A stretch of DNA of 64,000 nt, from NCBI GenBank assembly GCA_002633005.1, contig NMRA01000688.1, positions 1 to 64,000 on the forward strand, read 5' to 3'. The notes below the pieces were generated by a model. It saw only the letters and a list, made by a program, of their open reading frames with translations, was not told where the DNA came from and searched no databases. The stretch's first letter is position 1; every line of letters begins with the position of its first letter. Shown one piece after another: positions 13,401 through 28,400 of this stretch. The position numbers and the translations under genes were made by a program. The stretch comes from Phoronis australis. Lineage: Eukaryota; Animalia; Phoronida.

Positions 13401-16400
13401 CGAAAAGCTGTAATTAAGTGAAAAATGTGTCTGGGATAATCAACGAACCTTATTTTTGCTAAAAGTGACATGAAAAAAGGTTGCGTTCGCCTTTAAATAT
13501 GAATGGAAAATGTGATATAATCACCATAGTCAAGTAGTTATGGAGTGTGTTACATGAAAAGTGACTTGAGACGTAAGACAAAAATTTGATCTTACCTTCC
13601 ACATAGTGTGATCTTACTTCCACATAGTGTGATTTTACTGGTTTGAACAAATGTGTAGGTGCTACTGCCCTATTGTTTATTTCCAATTTGGAGTAGTTGT
13701 TAGATGCGTGACAAAAGCACTTTCTGTGCCTATTCAAAGACAATAACTAAATAGTGTGCTGATGAGTGATGGGCTGTTGGGTCTTGTCAGATTGTAACTG
13801 TTGTCATCATCATGCACAATGGCTTTGTACCAGACGTAAGGGTTCTGAGGTATAGCAGATTAAATTGATAGTTCTAGTAGATTGCGTTTGTCAGATGAGA
13901 CTGAGGCTATGAGGTAATTAGTGGGTGATGGGCCCTCTTGGTTATCGTCAAATGAGACCGAGGCTATGAGGTAATTAGGGGGTGATGGGCCCTCTTGGTT
14001 ATCGTCAAATGAGACTGAGGCTATGAGGTAATTAGGGGGTGATGGGCCCTCTTGACTATCGTCAAATCTGTAATTATAATCAGTGATTGACAACTATCTG
14101 GTGGTGAGCACTTTGTTAATGTGGTAATGTTTTTTGATAATTGTTTGAACGTTTTGTAAATTGGATTGACATAGCAGCTTTGCAGTATCATAATATATTT
14201 GCAGTGAGGTACTTCTTCTCGTATTTGTTTCTAGTCCTCTAACTGTTTGAAACCAGAAATTTACAAATTCGCCTCAAAACTATGCAGAAAATAAAGAGGG
14301 CGTGATAAACGGTTAACAAAACAGTTACGTGTCGGATATGGTAGGCCTCTAATAACAACATTTTCTCTGTTTCATTGCCAGAAAATATATACTTTGCTTC
14401 CATTTCATGGGTCCTTCCATCAAGTATTTGAGTATTATGAGGTTTTTCAGAGTTTCGCAAGGACAGAATTTCTACATGACAATAAGATACTGACACTATT
14501 GACTTTTCATGGATATACTTTTTCAAAATAATAAAATTGTTTCTTATAAAATACATTTGATTTTTTCAAAGTTTCTTTTGCGGATTGTATCCAAATACTT
14601 ATATTATTTTTACGTGTTAAACTTTGCCTCCCTATTTGTATGAAAGACAGCAGAGTAATTCATCTTGGGTTATTTAACTCATTTCGTCACAGTCGCAACT
14701 GAAGAAGTGCCGAGGACAGGGTGAGCGACAGAAGTTACGAGAAGAGATGAAACACTTGCGCAGAGAAATGAGGCAGAGGGAAGGGGGCGCCACTGAGCAT
14801 GTGCTGAAGGCTGCTGAGGTGGTCACGTGTACCCTGACTAGCGCTACAGATGACGGGCCTCTGAAGTATTTAGACGAGGGATACTTTGACTTGGTTGTCA
14901 TTGATGAATGTTCTCAAGTAAATAAGTTATTGAATGGAAAAGTTTTATGACTTTTAGCTCATGGCGTAGAAAATTACTTTTGCAAAACGCGATTTGATTT
15001 AAAGAAATTACATTTTCAGTTTTGAATGACAGCTCACTGCTGAAGTACTTTGTTGAAGGGCAGTTTAGTTTGTTGAATGACAGCTAACTGCTGAAGTACT
15101 TTGTTGAAGGGCAGTTTAGTTTGTTGAATGACAGCTAACTGCTGAAGTACTTTGTTGAATGACAGCTAACTGCTGAAGTACTTTGTTGAAGGGCAGTTTA
15201 GTTTGTTGAATTATGTGGATCAACATGACTCATTGTGTATGTCAACATTCAGTCTTGTGTGTATTTTTCTACTGAGCAGACGCCACTTTTTATCAGTTTC
15301 CAATTCTCCCCTTGTATTTAGGCACGCGGTGCCAATTTGTTCCCATCATTGAACACTTTCATCCATATTTCATTTTAAGCCATCACTCTGCTAACACATC
15401 GAGTCATGCAGTTGTATATAGCCTCTGATAATAGTCTTTACTACAAAAACAAAGTCTAGCTCTTATGAAAAATAAGTGCCACTCAGGCGGACTCATTGTA
15501 CTGATCATCTAGAACCATTTTGTGTTTATAGTTAAAACCGAGCTGAGAAGCTAGAGCTCTTTCTCAATGGTCTATCAGTGTGACCCAGTGGGACTTGAAC
15601 CCATGGCCTCAAGTAAAGGAAGTGAACACATATCCCATGAGGCCACACTGCTAATGCCTAGCTCTTTGTCTTGCATGTGTTACAATAAATCCTTCCCACT
15701 ATTCACGCTGTTCACTTTGTATCTCAGGCTCTGGAAGCTGCCTGCTGGATCGCGTTAACTAAAGCACCTCGCTGTGTCCTGGCTGGTGATCACCTTCAGC
15801 TACCACCAACCATATTGTCACAGAAGTAAGTCACTTCGTCAAATTGGTTTATGTGTGTGCTAGCTCAGGGCTGTTGTTGACTGCACACTCTTGTGTCGTG
15901 CCTTTAAAAATTAAACTCTTGTGAGGCGTGATAGACATGTACGTTCTTAACTGTGAAAGTTGATGATGTGAGCAGATTTGAGGCCAAAGTTGTCATTGTG
16001 GACTTGATAGTCGAGCAAACAGTACGTTGCTTAGGAGTAATACATGAACATGTAAAGGCATTACTGTATTGCTTCATATTCTTTATGGTTGGTTCTGAAC
16101 AATGCATCGATATATTTTGAAATCTGCACCGCACTAAACTAAAAGAATGAATTTCAAAAGCCAAACAAATTACGTGCACGCAAGATTTTAATTAATTGCA
16201 TTGGCTTGCCAAATTGTGGATGACTCACTGCCTTCTACATGACTGTTCCCACTCCCCTTCAACTAAAAATGCCACATCACATCAATTTCCAGAAAAAAAA
16301 CAGACCACAACCAATTAATGCAAATAATTGATGAAAACTAATTTTTGTTTCAGAGCAGCCAAGGAAGGTTTAGAAGTGACACTAATTGAGCGCCAGCTCA

Positions 16401-19400
16401 GTCTCCATGGTGACCAGGTGATGAGAATGTTGACTACACAATACAGAATGCATGAATTGATCATGAGGTGGTCATCTGACCAGCTGTATCATGGGAGATT
16501 AGTGGCTGATCCCTCTGTGGCTGGACACTTACTCAGGTATGTAAATATGTGTCTGAATCCAAATCTAGCTGCACAGATATGTTGGTAGTAAAGATGTAAT
16601 GCAGCTGTTTTCTTCCAATTAACAGTTGATTCACAGAAGTCTGAACGCTTATTTGAAAATTTTTTTATTTCTTTTCTCAAAAGCAACGAGGCTGAAGTAC
16701 TTGTGATTTGTTTAGTTCTGCCTGCAAATATTTCTTTATCAACATTTTTGCTTGAAAGATCATTTAATATTTTTGTTTATATAACAGAGTTTGAAAAAAT
16801 ATAGGTCATGCATATGCCGTCAGTTGTGGGTCCCCTCTTGTTATATATTCTCATACAGAGAATTGCCAAAATGTTGTACTTGTCACAATCCATCAGTTTC
16901 TCAACTGGGGATGGTTTCAGTACCACCTGTGGACATGACACACGTGTGTTGGAATAGGAGATAGTACTACTGATATCCTATGAAATACCTTCATCTCCGA
17001 TTTGTCATGGTGCGTAGCATTTCAGCATTGTTGAATAGCTGCACACAAACCCTCTTGTTAGTGTCATATATCTCACTAGCTCTACTCTCCCTCCATGTTC
17101 TTGTGGAATTCGTGAAGATAAATGCCATATCCACAACTTGTAATGAATGCAGCATAAGTACCAGCCATGTGCTGCCTTCTGTTGGTGACCCCAGACCAAG
17201 AATCTCGAAAGTGTTGGATCAGATCATAAATGAAATCCTTAGTAGACATTTGAGTGGTTTAGTATTTGTTCCTCGTTTCGACTGGTGTTGTTGAAGACAC
17301 CAATTGACAAACTAAGATTTGAGGTCTGAATTTAATTTATTCAAGTATACCTTGTGAGTGAAATCTGGCAGTTGTGGCACGATGAATTTGGGTTAGTTCA
17401 TAATTTCTTGAGTATCCTCGACAAATTCTGCATATTTCTAATGATTTCTGATATTAGCAGAACTGTTGTATGTATCACATTGATATCAAATACCAGGAGC
17501 ATGTTCTAGGATATCACATGGGGGGGCCCAACCACAAATTTTGAAAAAAAAAATTATTGGTGTGATCCCGAAAAATGGTTCAAGTTGTATTTTTTCTTTG
17601 GTCTGATGTGGAGAGGTAGGCCCGGGCCATGTGGAGAGGTAGGCCCGGGCCATGAGTGCCTCTTCTCACTCATTCCATCCATGATGTAGTGCTTTAGTAT
17701 TTGCCATCTCGTGTTCCACGTGAAATCTGTAATGCTATCTCACAGTGACTCGCTACCAAAATTAATGCGACTCATTGAATTCAAATCAGGCCCCCTGACC
17801 ACCAACTTTACCAGATACTGTTGTTTTGCTATGAATGTTCAATTTTACTAAAAAGATGTCACATGAGTCTAAGAAAATGTGTACTTTAACAGAGTTATAA
17901 TTTATAGTTTTGTAATATTTGGCCAAATGCACAGACTCGTTAATAAGGCTCTATATTACATAGAATTTCTCAGAGGCATTTACTCCAAACTGTGTGTACT
18001 CTATTAATACTGGAAATGCCATTTCTAAGTTCCTTTAAGAGATAAACAAGCGTCAACTTGGTTGTTTTTTGATTGTGATTATTGTAGTGTTACCTGAAAC
18101 ATGGAGTTTTGTACTGTTCCACTCTGATGTTGTTGTGAAATGCCGAACACTTTCCATTTGTTATGTCACCCCAACAATGCCTTGTTGGGGTGACATAACG
18201 AACTTCATCTGTTCTAGATAATGAAATATGACATACCTGAGAACCACTCAGTAAATGCTACAAGTGTGGTTAAAAAAATAGCAACATGACACTTTTATCG
18301 CCCCAGTATTGCTGTTACAGGGACCTGCCTGATGTTGATACTAATGAAGACACAGGTATTCCTCTGTTGTTGATAGACACAGCAGGCTGCAGCCTGCACG
18401 AGCTTGACCTCCCTGAGGAGGTTTCCAAGGGCAACGAGGGCGAGGCGGACCTTGTCTCTGTACATGTCGACAGGCTCATCAGTAGTGGACTTAAACCTCA
18501 GGACATAGCTGTGATTGCGCCTTATAATTTACAGGTGGAGTAGACTAATGGCAATGAGACTATGCTTTATACATTGTTCTCTGATATGTTTTTAGGAATT
18601 GTTTTGAAAATGTTGCACTTTTGCACGAGTGGTTGTTAAAAACAGAACAATCTAGAAGTTCTGTAAAATGAAAACGGAATGATAGTTTAAACAGTATTTT
18701 TGAGATTTTCATCTTGAACATTTATGTCAAGTAAAATTTGATCACGTTATTGATACCATTGCTTTGCTATCAATGGATCTTTCTTTGTTGTCAAAAACAA
18801 ACAAGACATGTTCACGTGACCCAAGTTAGCGCAGAGTGGTAAAAACTCAAAACTCAAATTCTACAGGATTTCTACTTTCAGAAAATATGTGCATTTACTG
18901 AGTTAAAATTAACAGTTTTGTCTAAAATACGCAGATTTGTTTATACGGTGTAACATTACCTTAATATATGCATCTTATGAAAGCATTCACTTATGAATAT
19001 AGTTATTATCAGAAGATAGAAACAATTCTATGGCCGAACCTTTAAGTTCAACAACGGCACCAAAAGATCAATTGGATGGACCAATAATAGTTAACATTGC
19101 ACCATCAACTCCAGTGCCTGCACCAATTGAATCCAATGGTTGGGAATCATCATTAGCCAGACAGTTTCTTTATTACGGACTTGACGTCTATGAATATGCA
19201 TGCTCGACTTTGATATTGACTCCAGTTGGAATTGTGTGTACTGATATGTTTCCTGAGCATGGCACAATTTTCTATTTGCTTATATTTGTTCCCAGAATAA
19301 ATTGTTTTGCTAACTGAAGTGTCTAAACTTTAGATTTTGACACTGATTTAAGAAACCACCCTCATGAAACTTAATAAAGAATGCTTGGTTTGTTGATAGG

Positions 19401-22400
19401 AAATGTACACCTTCAAATGATTCTCACTGAATACAAAATACATTGCGTTCTCACCAGGTTGACTTGTTGAGAGTACGACTGTCACACAAGTTCCCGCAAC
19501 TAGAGATCAAGTCTGTGGACGGGTTTCAAGGACGTGAAAAAGAGGCTGTAATAATCTCGCTTGTTCGGTCTAACGACCGTGGTAAGTCTGCAAGTCTGTT
19601 GCTGCACTGAAACTTAATTTCTAAGTGTTGGTTTTTATGCACCCACATATTTATATGTGGACGCCTTATGCCGTCATCTCAGTCCTTCTGGGCATCCATC
19701 GATCCTGCGTCCACTGTTCTATCTCCAAAACCCTTTTACGTATGTTCCTGAAATTTTGCGTAACTATTTGTTTATTTGATAGATGGGACGGCATGAGCGA
19801 ACTTTCGGACGATCCGACTACCAGTGTGCCCCCTAGTGGCAATTTTAGTTTTTACGCTTACCTCTGTATCTTCAAAGGTCCTCAACATATTTTCATAATA
19901 TTTGGCATATAGGCATCTATTAGTGAGATGATGCTATCATTCCGTTTTCGGATGGATTCAATATAGTTTGTGCCACCTAGTGGCCACTTTTATTGTTTTC
20001 GAGCCTGTTTTTGGTGTCAACCCCTCTATCAATCAAACCGCTCTAAGGGTGATTGTGAAAATTGGCATGTATGTTTTATTCTGAAGAGGACGGCTCATGG
20101 TATTTTTTTAACTACTGTGGCGTCTCCTAGTGGCAGTTTTTTTTTGAGCCCATGGATGTATCTCCTATAAAACCGTTGATAGGGTCTTTTATTAAATTTA
20201 ACAAGGGTATTTATATGTTGTTGACAATAGACGATCACGACTTTCAGACGGATCTGACTACCGGTGTGACCCCTTGTGGCAATTTTAGTTTTTATGCGCC
20301 CACATATTTATATGTGGTTGCATATTGCCGTCATCTCTGTCTGGACATCCGGCGTCCACAGCTGTATCTCCTAAACCCCTAGTAGGATCTTGATGAGATT
20401 TGGCAGATGTGTTCCCATGAAGCTGACGACGGAAAAAGACGAATTTCAGACCTCTCCGACTACTTGTGTGCCCCCTACTGGCAATTTTATTTTTTTACGC
20501 TTACCTCTGTATCTTCGGATGTCCTCAACACATTTTCATAAAATTCAGGATTTAGGCATCTATTAGTTAGATGATGCCATCCTCCCGTTTTTGCATGGAT
20601 TCGAGGTACTTTGCGCCACCTAGTGGCCACTTTTACTGTTTTCGAGTCTGTTTTTTGGCGTCCGCCGTTCTATCAACCAAACCACTCGAGGGATGATTTC
20701 GAAAATTGGCATATATGTTCTTACTGTGAAGAGGGCGACTGATGATGATTTTCCGACGACTTCTGACATTTGTGGCGCCTCCTAGTGGCAGTTTTATTTG
20801 TTTTGCGCCCATGGCTGTATCTCCTAAATCTCTCACAGGATCTTTGTCAGATGTGTTCCCATGAAGGTGACGACTGATGATAACGAATTCCGGACCTCTC
20901 AGACTACTGGTAAGCCCCCTTCTGGCAATTTTTATTTTTTTTTACGGTTACCTCTCTAGATTTGAAAGTCCTCAACGGATTTTCATAAACTTTGGTAGTT
21001 AGACATCTATTAGTGAGATGATGCCATCCTCCCGTTTTTGGACGGATTCAGGGGTACTTTGCGCCACCTAGTGGCCATTTTTAATGTTTTCGAGTCTGTT
21101 TTCTGGCGTCCACCGTTCTCTCAACCAAACCGCTCTAGGGATGATTTTGAAAATTGGCATATAATTATGTTCTTACTGTGAAGAGGGCGGCTGACGATGA
21201 TTTTCCGATGACTTGGAATACTATGGCGTCTCCTAGTGGCAGTTTTGTTTTGTTTTTGCACCCATGGCTGTATCTTCTAAATGTTCTACAGGATCTTTAT
21301 TGAATTTGCTGGTGTATTTATATGAAGTTGACTACAGAGGATGATGACTTTCGGGCTGATCAGGCTTCTGGTGTGCCCCCTAGTGGCAATTTTAGTATTT
21401 TACGTTTACCTCTGAATCTTAAAGGGTCATCAATGGATTTTCCTAAAATTTGGCATTTAGGCATCTATTAGTGAGGTGACGCTATCATCCATTTTTTGGT
21501 AAAATTCGAGGCATTTTGCGCCACATTATGGCCATTTTTACTGTTTTCGAGTCTTGTTATTTGGGGTCTGCCCCTCTGTCAACCAGAGCAATCTAAGGTT
21601 GGATGTGGAAATTGGCATTTATATTCCTGATGGGAAGAGGAAGTCTGACGATAATTTTCCGCCAACCTTATATGCTTTGGCACCTCTTAGTGGCAGTTAT
21701 GTTTTTTGCGCTTATTAAGGCTTGGAATTTTCCGCGGAAACGCGGATTTCCGCTTTTTATGCGCCCACATATTTATATGTGGACGCATTATGCCGTCATC
21801 TCCGTACGGGCGGCGTCCGTCCGGCGTCTGGCGTCCGGCGTCCGCTGCTCTATCTCCAAATCCCTTCGACATATGTTCATGAAATTTGGCACATATATTC
21901 CATTCATGAATGGGACGGCATGTGCGAACTTTCGGACGGATCCGACTACCGGTGTGCCCCCTAGTGGCAATTTTAGTTTTTTACGCTTACCTTTGTATCT
22001 TCAAAAGTCCTGAACGGATTTTCATGAAATTTGGTATGTAGGCACCTATTAGTGAGATGACGCTATCCTACTGTTTTCAGATGGATTCGACGTAGTTTGC
22101 GCCACCTAGTGGCCATTTTTACTGTTTTCGAGTCTGTATTTTTGCGTCCACCCCTCTATCAACCAAACCGCTCAAAGGATGATTGTGAAAATTGGCGTGT
22201 ATGTGCTTACTATAAGGAAGACAGCTGACAATGATTTTCAGACGATTTGGACTACTGTGGCGCCTCCTAGTGGCAGTTTTGTTTTTTTGCGCCCATGGCT
22301 GTATCTCCCAAACCGTTCGCAGGATCTTTACTAAATTTAGCAAGTGTATTTATGTGATGTTGACAACGGACGATGACGACTTTAGGATGATTCTGATTAC

Positions 22401-25400
22401 CGGTATGCCTCTAGTGGCAATTTTAGTATTTGCCTCTAGTGGCAATTTTAGTATTTTACATTGACCTCTGTATTTTCATAGGTCTTCAGGTGTATACTTT
22501 GTGTTACTTCGTGACTATGAAGGAAAAGTTCCCAGTAGAAATTTGTTTCTGGCATTCTAATGCTGTGCTAATCTCGTATGTTGGTAAATTTGTTTTTAAT
22601 TCTATGTTTCTGTGGTGCTTATTGAGGAGACAATGACCATGCCTTTCCATTTTGCAAAGTATAACATACTACATATATGCCCTCTACTGGCCACTTTATG
22701 GTACCAATAAACAACCCTAGAAGGATACCGTATACGGTGCAATTGTGGGCGCATTTCAACGCTCTGCGTTGCTCTTGTTTCAAATGTTTTGTCCGTGCAT
22801 TTTATTATATTTCCGCATAAAAAAAATCGGATTTGATATAAAATTTCCGCGGCAAATTCCTTTCTTACCGCGGCGTTGCAGACGACGTTGACCTCGAAAA
22901 GCGGAAGTTGCTCTTTATGTTTCGGAGGAACGTAAATTGTCAACATTGCCGTTGCATCTGGGATAGCGTGGTGGGATTTTCAATGGTGTCTCGTGTGATT
23001 GTAAACTGCGGTGACAAATACTACGGCTCTGCAGCCAAAAATGTGTGGGTCGGGAGTGGACGGACGAGCTAAAAGGACACAGACGCATGCTACTGATGGG
23101 GGTAACGTTTTTTTTTAGTCCTCCCGATTTTTGTCGGCGTAAGGTTCACATTGACCATTTCAAGGCTGGGTAGCGCGCATGTTTTGGGCCATAAAAGTTT
23201 CCGCGTTATTTGTCATTGGTCATTCCAAGCCCTGGCCTCTTAGTGGCAATTTCATTTTTTCATTTTTGTCTTTTTTCTCAGAAGTTCTTTTATGGATTTT
23301 TATGAAATTTTGTAAATAGGTTTGGTGACACATACAATTTCTCGGATGGATTCGACATATTTTGCGCCATCTAGTTGCCATTTTTATGTTCCAAATAAAC
23401 ATCCCTAGAAGCACACCATTAGCGGTGCATTCGTGGGCGCATTTCAACGCTCTGCGTTGCTCTTGTTTACGTTTACCTTTGTGTCTTCAAAGGTTCTTGA
23501 CAGATTTTAGTGAGATGACACTATCATCCCATTTTCGAATGGAATCGAGGTATTTTGTGCCACCTGGTGGCCAGTTTTGCTGTTTTTGAGTCCACCCTCT
23601 ATAAACCAAACCATTCTAAGGAATTTGAAAACTGGCGTATATGTTCTCAGTGTGAAAAGGACGGTTAACGAGGATGACTTTGACTAGTAGTGGTAGTTTT
23701 GTTTTGCGCTCATAGCTGGATCTCCTAAACCCATTGCAGGATCTTTATTAAATTGAGTAAGTGTATTTTTATGAAGCTAACAACAGACAACGCCTTTAGG
23801 CGGATCCAATGAATGCAGTGTCCCCTAGTGGCAATTCATTTCTTTCGCTTTTTTGTTTCTCTGAAGTTCCTCGACAGATTTTTTATGAAATTTGGTAAAT
23901 ACCTTTCTATTACGGAAGCGATGGTATGTTCCCGTTTTTGGATGAGGTGGGCATTTTTGCGCCAACTAGTGGCCATTTTTATGATATAGATAAACAACCC
24001 TAGAAGCACCCCGTTTGCAGTGCATTCGTGGGCGCATTTCAATGCTCCGCATTTCTCTTGTTAGTATGTTACAGCTTACCGAAAAACTGCAGTCATTTAT
24101 ATGAATAAAATATTTCATTTAAAAATAAACTAACTTTGTCTGTGAAGTTGCTACGAATCTCTGCCTTTGGTCAAAGAAAATGAACTTTTGATTATGGCCA
24201 TTTACTCCTTATAAAATTGATTTCAACTTGTTCCTTATTGTATGAGTGATTACTGTTGGTGTTTGTTTGTGGGATCATGCCCAGCTCATAATTTGTGGAG
24301 TCTGGTCTCTAGCAATAATGAACTGTCAGTCCTTCCCACATATAGTTTCACAATGACAAGTGTTCTTAATCTCAAGTTATTTTTGAAGGAAGGCTGTTTT
24401 ATAGCTACTGCTGCATTACTTGAAAATGGAACTTGTGTCGTTAACAAGTGTTGTGATTTGACTAATTGGTGTTTAAGAGATGCATGCCACAGTTTCTGTT
24501 CTATATTAAGTATGCATTGGAGTAAACTGTATCCATATTCTCATAAATTTTTATGCCCATGTACACGTGCTAGTGCGCATCATCGTCATCTCTGTGTGGG
24601 CATCTTGCGTACAACGTCCCCCTCTATCTCCCAAATCCCTCGGTGAGTTTCTATGAAATTTGAAGACAATAGCATACGCCAGCTTTTGGACTGTTCCGTC
24701 AACTTCTGTGCCCCCTAGTGACAATTTGCTTAGTCTTCTATATCTTTTAAACCCTTGCAAACTTGGCCGATGTGTTCATGTCAGAGACTCATCTAGCGGC
24801 CGTTGTTTGGACGGCCATTTTAAAAAAATAATGGCTTTGGACGGCACAGAAAAAAGATGGCTTGTTTTCAAGACAATCTCGGCGAAATCGATAGCTAAAA
24901 GAAGAATTTTACATTTATGATTAAAAAATTTTATTGAAACCATTGGTTTAGTTTGATGAATATTCAGAAATAACTCGACATTAGAGACTATTCATGTCTA
25001 TTTTTACTATAAATATAAAAATGATGATAGGCAAATATTGGCATCCATGTTTTTGGGCGAATACCTTCCTGTTCTGTGACGTCAGGATGACCTCATACGG
25101 AATCCCCTGCATGGCGAATGTCGAGAAATTTTGCATCCAGCGCTAACTACCCATACATAGAAATTAATCTTTGAAATTAAAGTATACATACCCGAAGTTC
25201 AAATGATTTGCTGTACCCCTAATGACAAATGCTGACGTGGAAGTTGAAGCGGCACTCTCAAAATGAAATCGACGGAGCAGCCAATTTGAGATAGAACATA
25301 CAAGTTGAAAAAAATACCCGCTAAAATTCTAGGATTGACCTTCCATACAAATGCTATCAATGTCGTTGAACATGCAAACCTAATTAAAGTTAGCGTAAAC

Positions 25401-28400
25401 TTCCTTAATTTGTTCACACTGTTCCATTGCGACTCAAACCTGTTCTAACCTGTTCTAAAAATTATGAAAAATCCGCCCAGGCCAAACGACGTAGTTGATG
25501 CACGAGAATGCATGCAAACTTCACGCGACTTCAGATTTGCTAGTAAAAATACAAGCGTCAAATTCAAACACTGAGTTCCGACTTTTTTGGCCGTCATCTT
25601 ATACGATGCCAAGTCCAGGTACACAAGCGTGAGTGCAAATATGCCGTCACTCCTGTTTTCGAGCAGAGATTTTCGCCTGTGTCGAGCACTGGTGGGGCTG
25701 AGTTGAATTTGTTGAGGATAACTGTTTAGTTTTCACTGTAGACTTAATGAATTGCAGTTCTGTGTGATGTAATGAAACGTAGACACGTACTCAAGGACAT
25801 ACTTCTTCATGTCCTTTCAAATGCATCTCCATTGTTTTCTCATAAATTTAAATTATCTTCCTCAACTGCATTAAAATAATAGACTTCTCATTTGAGACCT
25901 TCAAGATACACTAAGTTCTGAAGTCATGCTGTGAATTATCTGTCTAACATGCAACTCTATTAAGATTATCTTAATACAAAAAAGATTTGCAGATCTTGAT
26001 TTTTGCAGTCTTAATACACACATCCTGAATGGAACAAACCTTTTAATCTTTTTTAGTTTCCTTCTTTGCCGTTCTTTGAACAACTAAAAAATTCCACACA
26101 GTGTGCTAAAATGGAAGGAAATTGACCTTTTTTTATATAGATTACAATTTTTTCCCTCAGCGGGAGGGGGGGAATCCCCCCTTCGGTGCTGCTGACCTCA
26201 GAATAGCACTAAGTGTGACTCGTCAGTCTCACGGATTTGGACCTCCACTTTTCAAATCCTAGATGAGTCCCTGTTTCATGTCAAGGCAGGCACGTTGCCG
26301 TCCAATGTTAACATGGTTGCGACTTTTTTTTGCTCCCAAATGACAATTTCAATATTTTGAAGTTCCTTTTTTGTGACCTCTCTATCTGTTCAACTGTTTA
26401 TCAAGACTAGTTTCACAATGGTAAACAATACAAATCAAAAGTTGGTCTTTGTGATGGAAGGCAGATTTGTTGAGGCTTTTAGAACACAAATAATTAAAGT
26501 GTTTGCAAGGTATAATTTTTTGCAATTTGTGTCTTTTTTCTCCTTCACGTTATTCTTCTTCGATTGTAGGTGAAATTGGCTTTCTTGCTGAGGACCGGCG
26601 CATGAATGTTGCTATCACCCGAGCCCGGCGGCACCTGGCTGTCATTGGGGACACCATCACTGTCAGTCATCACCAGTTCCTCAAATCATTGGTTGAGTAC
26701 ATGATGCAACATGGCGATGTCCGGTCAGCACATGAATACACTGAGGGTAAGTAAAGTGTGAACCAAGTTAAGTTTGTTACTTGTAGTTAATAGTGGGTGC
26801 TTGAACATACAACTAGGAACTTGGCAGTCTCTAGGGGGTTAGAAGTGCTCGACATCCCAGAGGTGATTCAAATCATGTGTGTTTCATGTCACCTTTAGTA
26901 ATTAAGCTCCTGGTACACAAACATTAGTTGTTATGACTCATTTCCAAACACAACAGGAAGTGTTTGATAATGTTTACTAGCTTTGCTTGTTGGATGGGCC
27001 TGTTTACTCTGTGGAGTTGGCATGAGTGTGGTCACAAAGAATGTATTATCTCGATTTGCACATTTTGTTAACAAAAGTTTAAATTACTGTGATGCATCTA
27101 CGTCTCTGCTCTGTAATATCAGATCTGATTTTTAAACACCTCCTGTTCTATTAGTAGTTTATAATTATATGTTAAATGGGCCTCTAGCCCACGTTACAGA
27201 CAACTTGTTAATTTGGATCAATCATGTCGTTCAGAGGCATTTTTCTCAGTTCGGTAAATTTGTCAACACGTCTTAATATTGTCTTGTTTTGTGACTACAA
27301 GTCTCTTAAACATAACATTATTTGTGGATACATTACCCAGGTGTCTGTCTCTCGATTCTGATTTTATTTTACCCACAATGCAACATATTCTCTTATTTAC
27401 GGCTCGTCCCATGTGTCCCTTTAACATTTATCAATGAATGACACGCACATCTAACTTGTCAAAGCAGACTAAAGGGCTATTGAAATGCATCACATAGACT
27501 TTGACAATAAATCGATTAGTTTATACACATCTAAGGAGGAAATTAATATATATTCCCCATGCTGCAGGTCTATTTCAGTATGTTTGCTTCAATTCTTTAA
27601 TAACATTATATACATCTTCTCCGCCTCGAGTCCTCCACACCACTACAAAGCCATATTCAAACACATCTCATCAAATTTCTAGCAATGTATACTGAATTGT
27701 ACCATCTCATACCATGCATTATAGTGTATTATGATATATTGATAACATGGTGCCACTTCATAATACTTCTGAGCAAAACAAACACGTTTATTGTACTGTA
27801 CTGTTGTTCTTCCATTCCCATGTCTAGCAACATTTGAGATAATTATGTTGCAGAACTAGTTATGAACTCTTTTGATACTTTGGCTTCATGAAAGCCCCAT
27901 ATTTCTGTGCCATGCAATAAGATTGGCAAATTTTATCAAAAATTGCAAAGTGACACTGGAACATTGACGCTACTTTTCATAAAAATGGTACTTTTGACTT
28001 ATTTGTCTACAGTGTTAGGCCTGAATAGTTGTATTCACCTGAATAGTTCTACTCACCTGAATAGTTGTATTCACTTGAATAGTTGTATTCACCTCAATAG
28101 TTGTATTCACCTCAATAGTTGTATTCACCTCAATAGTTGTATTCACCTCAATAGTTGTACTCACCTCAATAGTTGTATTCACCTCAATAGTAACTGTGTG
28201 CATTCACCTGAATAGTTTTATTCACCTGAATAGTTGTATTCACCTGAATAGTTGTATTCACGGCAATAGTTGTATTCACCGCAGTAGTTGTATTCACCGC
28301 AATAGTTGTATTCACCTGAATAGTTGTATTCACCTGAATAGTTAGTATTCAGATGCTACATTAATTTCTTTTCCAACTTTTTATAATATTCTGTATTTCA

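Noticed and set aside
27907-28215. ORF with HLNSCI repeats
   Set aside because: It is the translation of an 18-bp minisatellite.
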